Source of the DNA: a candidate division WOR-3 bacterium
Lineage (GTDB): Bacteria; Hydrothermota; Tepidihabitantia; SM23-42; JAOAFX01
DNA length: 12,171 bases
Direction: 5' to 3'
Assembly: GCA_039802265.1 (NCBI GenBank)
Contig: JBDRWI010000065.1
Location: 1-12,171, forward strand
The stretch's first letter is position 1, and every line of letters starts with the position of its first letter. The translations under genes were made by a program, and so were the position numbers. Shown here piece by piece: positions 1-6,021 of this stretch. Under the pieces are notes generated by a model. It was given only the letters and a program-made list of their open reading frames with translations, had not been told where the DNA came from and ran no database searches.

Positions 1-305
1 TCATCGGTTATATTAATTGTATCAATCTTTGTTTCAAAACCGACAAAAGTTATTTCAATAATGTAATCACCGGGATTAATACCGGTTAGGAAAAATCTAC
101 CGGTTTCATTTGTGGCGGTACCGTTTAACTGTTTATGGTTTTTGTCATATATGATTACATTTGCCAATTCAATCGGCTGTTCAGTAGTTGCTTCCACAAC
201 AATGCCAATTATTTTTCCTGGGCCATTATTCAATCTCTCTTGGGCATATAAAACATACCCTGCAAAAAAAATCGCGATTGTAAAAAAAAGTAATTTTTTG
301 ACCAT
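1..305 (-). CDS. 5' part of a TonB-dependent receptor-like / carboxypeptidase-regulatory-like domain protein (runs off the left edge)
   Basis: Not in the ORF track. Manual translation from ATG at 305 gives MVKKLLFFTIAIFFAGYVLYAQ...GKIIGIVVEATTEQPIELANVIIYD...GTATNETGRFFLTGINPGDYIIEITFVGFETK..., open to position 1. This is a signal peptide followed by the typical CarboxypepD_reg-like N-terminal domain pattern of TonB-dependent receptors. Confidence 0.8.
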   Translation of the reverse strand, partial: MVKKLLFFTIAIFFAGYVLYAQERLNNGPGKIIGIVVEATTEQPIELANVIIYDKNHKQLNGTATNETGRFFLTGINPGDYIIEITFVGFETKIDTINITD

Positions 306-313
306 ATAAATAT

Positions 314-338
314 GACGCAATAACGTATGTTAAAGTTT
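314..338 (-). promoter_or_regulatory. Candidate ECF-sigma promoter (AAAC-N17-CGTC) for the TonB-receptor-like gene
   Basis: The minus strand reads AAAC(338-335) tttaacatacgttattg CGTC(317-314) atatttat ATG(305). This matches the general ECF AAC...CGT pattern, and no Shine-Dalgarno is visible. Confidence 0.4.
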
Positions 339-2055
339 ATTTATAGTGTGAAAAGTCATTTAGCCACTTCTTTGCCAGTTCGGCTTCATTTATTCTATTT
401 GCCCTTATGAGATAATTGATATTGTTAATTAGCATTTTCTTTACTGCTTCAATATTGAATTTTAGGCGGGGATCATTTATAAATCTTGGATGATTAATCT
501 CCAATCTGGAAAAATCAAAGGATACGGGTTGAATGTCCTTCGTAATAAGATAATTCAAACCATACGGAATGCGGTAATAATCAGGCTTCACAGAATTCAA
601 ATCATAGTCAGGGAAGGGGAGGGCAAAATATACTCCCGTTGTTTCTTTTATTTCTACAAATTTTTCCAGCATTTTTATATACTTTTGCTGTATGATGCGT
701 GGATCATAAGGTTTATTGTATTCAAATTTATAAAGTTCAGTTAAATAATCGCTTATTTCTTGCTTGGCAGAGTTATAGAATTCAGGGTATTCATTTTTGA
801 GATATTTTATATACCAAGTTCTTCTAAGGAGTTCCTTGTCAATTATTACAAGGTCTTTATAAAGATTCTTTACTTTACGCAAATAAATGGTGGGAGAATA
901 TATATCCCAGTATGAACAAATCAAAAGGCTGTTTTTTGGTAATTGGGAAATATGGGCAAGGGCGTAATCAAGTCCAAAGGTATTATCTCTTAAAGTACAG
1001 GCGGGATAATTCATTACCATAAATACTATTGGGAATAATATCAAAATGAACCATTTAACATATTTTTTGATTATATTGAGGCCATATCCACACACAATTA
1101 AAAGGGCAATAAACCCGGGGATATAATAGGATTCAATGTCAGGGATAGCGTAATTTACTGTATATAAGAAGTTGAGAACAAAGATTGATAAAAATAACCA
1201 GAATTTTTTTCTGTCGTTCTTGAATAAATAAAGAAATCCAATAAAAATAAAAATTACGAAAACATATAAAAAATTAGTTGATTGGAAAATTACACCCTGT
1301 GTTAAATTATTTAACATCGCTCTTCCTGACAGTGAGAACATCCAGACTTGATATTGTTTGCCGGTTATGTGCCAGAAGAGTCGCTGAAAATTACAGGTAT
1401 TGCCCCAGGCGATCTCTGGGCTGGCAAGTGTCCTTAATATTAGATACAGGTATGGTGAAATGCCGATTCCCGCAAACAAAAATCCGATAAAAAGTTTTTT
1501 AAATTGGGGCCGGTGATTAATTATTAAATAAAAAAATAAAGGTAGTATGAGGGAGAAAATTATAATATGGTTGGTTAGGGAAAGGGCCAAAAAAAACATA
1601 ATTGCGTAAAATAGGCGTGAAGTTTTTATAGAATAAAGCAAAAATAACAGCAGAATGCAGAATAAGACAGTTAGGGGGTATACTTCATTCGTTATAGAAA
1701 TCCGCCAGATGATTGGAGAAAAGGCAAATAGGGCAGTGAGTAAGATTGGAATAACTTTATTTTCGGTTAATTTTTTTAAAATGACATATAAAAGAACGGC
1801 AGAGGTGATTGAGAATATTGCCGATAAAAAATTTAGATACTTTATCGGTTCACCCGGGATATGAGCAAAGAAATACGAGATTAGGGTATATAGGGGATAA
1901 CCTGTGGGATGGGCAATGCCAAGTGTGTAACTTACACCTGCAAGTTCCCCAGAATCTATTAAGTAAACAGTGGGACATAGGGAATAAATATAAACGCAAA
2001 AGATAAACATGAACAGTAAGAATTCGGGTGAAAATTTTTTAAATTTATACCACAC
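337..2055 (-). CDS. DUF2723 / TMEM260-like multi-pass membrane glycosyltransferase (GT-C type)
   Basis: 572 aa, GTG start. N-terminal motifs PTV..DSGEL and LGIAHPTGYPLYTL, plus EVY and NH motifs, many hydrophobic helices and a soluble C-terminal domain. Confidence 0.85.
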   Translation of the reverse strand: MWYKFKKFSPEFLLFMFIFCVYIYSLCPTVYLIDSGELAGVSYTLGIAHPTGYPLYTLISYFFAHIPGEPIKYLNFLSAIFSITSAVLLYVILKKLTENKVIPILLTALFAFSPIIWRISITNEVYPLTVLFCILLLFLLYSIKTSRLFYAIMFFLALSLTNHIIIFSLILPLFFYLIINHRPQFKKLFIGFLFAGIGISPYLYLILRTLASPEIAWGNTCNFQRLFWHITGKQYQVWMFSLSGRAMLNNLTQGVIFQSTNFLYVFVIFIFIGFLYLFKNDRKKFWLFLSIFVLNFLYTVNYAIPDIESYYIPGFIALLIVCGYGLNIIKKYVKWFILILFPIVFMVMNYPACTLRDNTFGLDYALAHISQLPKNSLLICSYWDIYSPTIYLRKVKNLYKDLVIIDKELLRRTWYIKYLKNEYPEFYNSAKQEISDYLTELYKFEYNKPYDPRIIQQKYIKMLEKFVEIKETTGVYFALPFPDYDLNSVKPDYYRIPYGLNYLITKDIQPVSFDFSRLEINHPRFINDPRLKFNIEAVKKMLINNINYLIRANRINEAELAKKWLNDFSHYK

Positions 2056-2058
2056 TTT

Positions 2059-2349
2059 TTATTCTTTTACAAAATTCAATCTTAAATTGGTTAATCTTAC
2101 CTGTATATCTTTTTTTTCTTCATTTTCTAACAGAGGTTCTATCAATTTAAACAGGGTTTCTATCGAATCAATAGCGAGTTTTGCTTCTTTCAAATCTTTT
2201 TTGGGTTTCTGGGTTTCAGGGTGTGCGGTGAGACCGAGGTATGCCCACGCCTTGCCTTCAAGTGAAAGGATGGTCATTAATAATAATTCCTTAACCGGAA
2301 TGGGTTCTTCAAGGATAATCTGTTCTTGTTGTTTTTTATCTTCATGCAT
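2059..2349 (-). CDS. DUF1844 domain protein
   Basis: 96 aa with AWAYLGL..HPET....DL.EAKLAID and a C-terminal LTNLRLNFV, characteristic of DUF1844. It ends 3 nt upstream of the DUF2723 start. Confidence 0.8.
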   Translation of the reverse strand: MHEDKKQQEQIILEEPIPVKELLLMTILSLEGKAWAYLGLTAHPETQKPKKDLKEAKLAIDSIETLFKLIEPLLENEEKKDIQVRLTNLRLNFVKE

Positions 2350-2354
2350 AGGTA

Positions 2355-2382
2355 ATTATATTTAGAGAATTGAGCATGTCAA
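2355..2382 (-). promoter_or_regulatory. Sigma70-type promoter TTGACA-N16-TATAAT, probably giving a leaderless mRNA for DUF1844-DUF2723
   Basis: Plus-strand tgtcaa at 2377-2382 and attata at 2355-2360 are perfect consensus hexamers on the minus strand. Only 5 nt separate the -10 box from the ATG at 2349. Confidence 0.75.
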
Positions 2383-2398
2383 TAATGTAAATTCCCCC

Positions 2399-2439
2399 AA
2401 AAGTCAACATTTTCTGCCAGGCACAAAATGTTGACTTTT
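2399..2439. repeat. REP-like palindrome, copy downstream of the RAYT gene
   Basis: AAAAGTCAACATTTTCTGCC-A-GGCACAAAATGTTGACTTTT: 20-bp arms with one mismatch and a 1-nt centre. It overlaps the RAYT stop codon (2438-2440). Confidence 0.9.
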
Positions 2440-3307
2440 ATTTCTCTATCCATTTCATCACTGTGAATCTCGATAATTGTAAGATTTGTGCAATTTCACA
2501 TATCTTTAGTGCGTGGTTAGTATATAGCAAATTAATTGCCGCTCTTCTTATCTTCTTTTGCTCCTGCCCCTTTGGAGATATAATCCATTCGGGTTTCACC
2601 CCAAGTTCATCAGCAACCAATTGTATAATTTTATCACGAGTGTAAGGGGATTTTGCTTTAATACCCATACTCTTTTTTACTTCGGTTATAAAATCCAGAT
2701 TGCCAATTATGGGATTTTTATTATCATCCCAGTTTATCTCATAATTTTCGTTGTCATCTCCCAGCACAAATTCTTTATATAAATTAGCAACTACTTTGAA
2801 ATTATGAACGGGGTCACCAAATTGTTCAAGGATAATCCACGGACTAATAAATTGTATATCCTCAAGTCCAATGTATTGTCGATAACTTGTCCAGGGATAT
2901 TCTTCGGGATCTTTAACAAGCCCGGCTTCAACCGCCTGACGGTGGATATATCGGGAAAGGTAAAGTCCATATTCATTTGGTTGTACAATATTATTATTAT
3001 AGCGCTCTCCAAAGACATGTCCAACTTTTCCAGTTTCTTTATTAAAGAATATGGCGTATTTCCCATGAAGTTCTTCCATAAATTTTGATATTTTATTTTT
3101 CGGATCAAAAATAAACAGATGGACATGCCATTGCATTAAAGCATAGGCAATTACAACAATTTGGTATTTTTGAGACGATTGTTTGAGTAATTGAAGATAT
3201 TTTTGATAATGAGATATTTCTGTAAATATATTATGTCTGTCATTACCCCATGCGTAGATGTGGTGATAGAGATTTTCACCACAAATTCTTCGAGGGTATA
3301 TAAACAT
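2438..3307 (-). CDS. REP-associated tyrosine transposase (RAYT-like, Y1 HUH family) with C-terminal DnaA-C/TrpR-like helix-turn-helix
   Basis: 289 aa. N-terminal YHHIYAWGNDRHNIF, HUH motif YALMQWHVHL (H61, H63), GHVFGERY, catalytic helix RYIHRQAVEAGLV (Y120), YPWTSY, and a C-terminal HTH-like segment LKICEIAQILQLSRFTVMKW. Confidence 0.88.
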   Translation of the reverse strand: MFIYPRRICGENLYHHIYAWGNDRHNIFTEISHYQKYLQLLKQSSQKYQIVVIAYALMQWHVHLFIFDPKNKISKFMEELHGKYAIFFNKETGKVGHVFGERYNNNIVQPNEYGLYLSRYIHRQAVEAGLVKDPEEYPWTSYRQYIGLEDIQFISPWIILEQFGDPVHNFKVVANLYKEFVLGDDNENYEINWDDNKNPIIGNLDFITEVKKSMGIKAKSPYTRDKIIQLVADELGVKPEWIISPKGQEQKKIRRAAINLLYTNHALKICEIAQILQLSRFTVMKWIEK

Positions 3308-3312
3308 AAGAG

Positions 3313-3340
3313 ATTATATTCAACTTTTATAAAAAGTCAA
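3313..3340 (-). promoter_or_regulatory. Sigma70-type promoter TTGACT-N16-TATAAT for the RAYT gene, probably leaderless
   Basis: Plus-strand agtcaa at 3335-3340 and attata at 3313-3318, with 5 nt to the ATG at 3307. The -35 box lies in the repeat arm. Confidence 0.7.
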
Positions 3341-3367
3341 CATTTTCTGCCTGGCAGAAAATGTTGA
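3332..3367. repeat. REP-like palindrome, copy upstream of the RAYT gene
   Basis: AAAAG-TCAACATTTTCTGCC-T-GGCAGAAAATGTTGA: perfect 15-bp arms (3337-3351 and 3353-3367). Positions 3332-3351 are identical to 2399-2418. Confidence 0.9.
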
Positions 3368-3402
3368 AAAATGTGATTTTTTTCCAGAAACAATATTCAT
3401 AT

Positions 3403-3424
3403 ATTGGGTAAATTTTTACCCAAT
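3403..3424. promoter_or_regulatory. Perfect dyad ATTGGGTAAA-TT-TTTACCCAAT, candidate activator (bEBP) binding site
   Basis: 10-bp perfect arms with a 2-nt spacer, centred roughly 90 bp upstream of the predicted sigma54 start site. Confidence 0.55.
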
Positions 3425-3478
3425 GATTTGGATTTATTAAGAAACCAAATGAAATTTCAATAACTTTTCTATAAAATC

Positions 3479-3495
3479 GGGCATAAATTTTGCAT
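3479..3495 (+). promoter_or_regulatory. Sigma54 (-24/-12) promoter of the pilin operon
   Basis: gGGCATAAATTTTGCAt has GG(3480-3481)-N10-GC(3492-3493), close to the consensus TGGCAC-N5-TTGCW, and lies directly upstream of the first pilin gene. Confidence 0.7.
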
Positions 3496-3542
3496 TATAA
3501 AATACTGGAGATATTATGATTAAAGTTTTTAAAGGAGGTGTT

Positions 3543-4079
3543 ATGGGAGGAGCCTTTAAAAGAGGTTTCAGGGAAGGCTTTACTCTTGTGGAGCTGATGG
3601 TTGTCATTGCTATTATCGGGGTTATCTTTGTCATAGCAGTGCCAAATTTTGCAGCTATGCAGGCAAACGCAAGGATAAGGGCAGGTGCTTATGAAGTTGC
3701 TCAGGATTTGAGACAGATTAGGGAAAGGGCATTATCGCTCGGTCGTTCATTTAAGGTTGATGCAGTAGATCAACGAACTTATAGAGTAACCAATCCTGAT
3801 AATAATTCATATTCCTACAGACTCGGCGGTCCAACAGGTGGAAATTTGAAATTCGGGGTGAGCGGGAACTATGCAGGTGGACTTCCGCCCGAGGCAAATG
3901 GCGCGGTGCCCGCTAACGGTTTTGATTTTCTACCTTCAGGGATTCTTACTTTTAATGGGCGCGGTGGAGCAAATAAAGGCGTAATATACATTACCGACGG
4001 CAGGCACGATTATGCTATTGGGATTAATTCCTTAGGAAAAGTAAGGGTTTATAAGTACGGCAATGGTAGTTGGAATTAG
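3543..4079 (+). CDS. fimT: FimT/FimU (GspH-like) type IV minor pilin
   Basis: Class III signal REG|FTLVELMVVIAIIGVI...AVPNF and a C-terminal INSLGKVRV typical of FimT/GspH. Start placed at ATG 3543 behind AGGAGG (3533-3538); in-frame ATG 3516 with GGAG is an alternative. Confidence 0.85.
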   Translation: MGGAFKRGFREGFTLVELMVVIAIIGVIFVIAVPNFAAMQANARIRAGAYEVAQDLRQIRERALSLGRSFKVDAVDQRTYRVTNPDNNSYSYRLGGPTGGNLKFGVSGNYAGGLPPEANGAVPANGFDFLPSGILTFNGRGGANKGVIYITDGRHDYAIGINSLGKVRVYKYGNGSWN

Positions 4080-4090
4080 GGGAGGTGGCT

Positions 4091-4558
4091 ATGAAGATAT
4101 GTAAAATACATGATTCTATGTCCTCCAAAATATGTGCAAAAGGTGGTTTTACTTTGGTTGAAGTTCTTGTGGCGATAATGATACTTACAATAGGGATTCT
4201 TGCTGTGTCCCAGATGACTGTAATGGGTACTCAAGTAACGTGGATTGTTAATCAAAGAATGTATGCAAGGGCAGTGATGTCAAGGTATTACGAGATTCTA
4301 AATAACCTTCCCAATAGTGACCCATTGGTGCGGAATTGGGATAATGATAATGCAGACCTTGATGATATTGGACCAACACCTGATTTTCAGGAGTATCACT
4401 CAATGGGCGGTGTTAGATATCGCGTAGTTTGGAATGCAGTCAACAATGTTGGCAGTCCACCCGATGACAGAATTGAGACGATGATTCGTATTCATATTTT
4501 ATGGAATAATGACCGAAACAGGATTCACACCGACCTTATTAAGGGCAGAAAATTCTAA
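4091..4558 (+). CDS. pilV: PilV-like type IV minor pilin
   Basis: KGG|FTLVEVLVAIMILTIGILAV prepilin motif. GGAGGT RBS at 4081-4086 supports ATG 4091 over the TTG at 4070. Second gene in the cluster. Confidence 0.8.
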   Translation: MKICKIHDSMSSKICAKGGFTLVEVLVAIMILTIGILAVSQMTVMGTQVTWIVNQRMYARAVMSRYYEILNNLPNSDPLVRNWDNDNADLDDIGPTPDFQEYHSMGGVRYRVVWNAVNNVGSPPDDRIETMIRIHILWNNDRNRIHTDLIKGRKF

Positions 4559-4567
4559 GGAGGATTT

Positions 4568-5509
4568 ATGCGTAAAGGTATGACTTTAATTGAAATAATG
4601 GTTTCTCTGGTAATTCTGATGATTGTTCTTGGTGCGATATATTCTATCCTTACTCTTCAGCAAGAGAGGGCATCTGTAGTAAGTGAAACATCTGTGCTCC
4701 AGACAGATGCCCAGGTTGCTTACACACTCTTCAAATGGGATTTAATGCTATCCGGTCTTTGTCATCCCAAGAACAATCTTGTGCTTACTTCTTTTAATAA
4801 CACTGGTTACCTTGGTTCGGATGCTATCAATCTTCGTGGTGTTAGTTTTGGTTTTGAAATGAATCAAACACGCTGGGGATATATGCTTGAAGAAGGTAAT
4901 GGCACTCAACTTGTGATATCCCGGTTCCCTGATACAACTACATATTTCAAACCTGGGGATCAAATTATTGTTCTGAGCGACAACCGAGAGATTATTGATC
5001 CGCCCGGGGTAGTTACTGTAACCCAGGTGGATACATTTACTTATTACGATGAAAATGGTAATCCCAAACCTGCTCAGCGGGTGACAGTAAATCTTCCTGT
5101 CTATACAAAGAATGTGCAGGTTGTGACCACTTACAATAATCCCGACATTTATAACACTGGAATTCTATATCAGGTTGTAAATGGAAGATTACAGAGAGGA
5201 ACCGAAATCCTGCTTGATAATGTGGAGAATATCCAGTTCGCATATGGGCTGGATACCGATGAAGATACTATCATTGATGCATGGTTTAATACAATACCGG
5301 ATAGTCTTTTGAGACCCCGACCTTATGACCGACGCTGGGCATTGAGATACACAATGGTCGTTGCTTCAAGGCCCATTTCTAATTATAAGTACCCCTATAC
5401 GAGCGTCACAGTGGAAGACAATACTTATATGTTGACCGAACAGATGCGCACGAGAAAAAGAACTATGCTTTCTGGCATCCTATATCCGCAAAATTTAGAA
5501 CCATATTAA
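4568..5509 (+). CDS. pilW: PilW-like type IV minor pilin
   Basis: 313 aa. RKG|MTLIEIMVSL prepilin motif, C-terminal LLDNVENIQFAYGLDTDED typical of PilW, and an AGGAGG RBS. Confidence 0.85.
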   Translation: MRKGMTLIEIMVSLVILMIVLGAIYSILTLQQERASVVSETSVLQTDAQVAYTLFKWDLMLSGLCHPKNNLVLTSFNNTGYLGSDAINLRGVSFGFEMNQTRWGYMLEEGNGTQLVISRFPDTTTYFKPGDQIIVLSDNREIIDPPGVVTVTQVDTFTYYDENGNPKPAQRVTVNLPVYTKNVQVVTTYNNPDIYNTGILYQVVNGRLQRGTEILLDNVENIQFAYGLDTDEDTIIDAWFNTIPDSLLRPRPYDRRWALRYTMVVASRPISNYKYPYTSVTVEDNTYMLTEQMRTRKRTMLSGILYPQNLEPY

Positions 5510-5522
5510 TTAAGGAGAAAAA

Positions 5523-6011
5523 ATGAAGAGAAAATTAATAACAAAAAATAGTAAAGGTGTTGCCCTGCTCGTTGCAATTGGAAGTTTGATTGTAATATTC
5601 ATTATCGGTGCACTCGGTATATATCTTGTCACCCGAGGGCTCTTGGTTACCAGCGGTCAGATAAGGGCAGAGAATTCACTCGAGGCAGCAGAGGCAGTTA
5701 TTGAATTGGGCAGGTCACATGCCCAAAAGATGAATCGGGATTTAACAGTCAGCCCGATTCAGGACCAGGAAATAAATATTATATCCAATTATCTCTGCAG
5801 TCTGAGTGTAGCACGGGTAACAGATAAGGCAGTCGCTCCCCCAGGTGAGGCACAGAAATTTGCCCGAGCATACCGTGGAATTGGTGCATCACTTGGTGCA
5901 GCAGTGGGAATAAGAACTTATAAACTCTATCATATCTATGCGAGTGCAATCGGCAGAAATGGTGAAAAGACTGCAATTGATGTTGTGCAGAGATATGTAG
6001 AAACAAGATAA
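5523..6011 (+). CDS. pilX: PilX-like type IV minor pilin
   Basis: SKG|VALLVAI lacks Glu5, a hallmark of PilX/GspK. It has an AAEA motif, an AAGGAG RBS and sits immediately before pilY1. Confidence 0.8.
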   Translation: MKRKLITKNSKGVALLVAIGSLIVIFIIGALGIYLVTRGLLVTSGQIRAENSLEAAEAVIELGRSHAQKMNRDLTVSPIQDQEINIISNYLCSLSVARVTDKAVAPPGEAQKFARAYRGIGASLGAAVGIRTYKLYHIYASAIGRNGEKTAIDVVQRYVETR

Positions 6012-6021
6012 GGAGGTCAAA

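Larger units (their letters stand above)
2399..3367 (-). mobile_element. Palindrome-RAYT-palindrome cassette (~970 bp)
   Basis: A single HUH transposase gene is tightly bracketed by two copies of the same palindrome. No target-site duplication is evident, as expected for HUH enzymes. Mobility is inferred, not shown. Confidence 0.6.

Noticed and set aside
264..289. A8 homopolymer runs in the TonB-receptor signal-peptide region as phase-variation tracts
   Set aside because: Runs of 7-8 A or T are common throughout this AT-rich region and encode ordinary Phe-rich segments.
112..309. 65-aa plus-strand ORF
   Set aside because: It is the antisense shadow of the minus-strand TonB-receptor-like gene, which has a signal peptide and a recognisable domain.
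490..3126. Short ORFs overlapping the DUF2723, DUF1844 and RAYT genes (e.g. 490-744, 2009-2365, 2791-3126, 2804-3088)
   Set aside because: They lie antisense or out of frame within well-supported genes and show no motifs or RBS.
2399..3367. Interpretation as a CRISPR array or a classical DDE insertion sequence with terminal inverted repeats
   Set aside because: There are only two repeats, separated by a gene, with no spacers or cas genes. The enzyme has HUH/Tyr motifs rather than DDE, and no target duplication is seen.
3437..3634. 65-aa minus-strand ORF
   Set aside because: Antisense to the fimT prepilin region and its promoter, with no independent support.
4070..4090. TTG start for pilV given in the ORF track
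   Set aside because: It overlaps the fimT end, and the GGAGGT at 4081-4086 points to ATG 4091.
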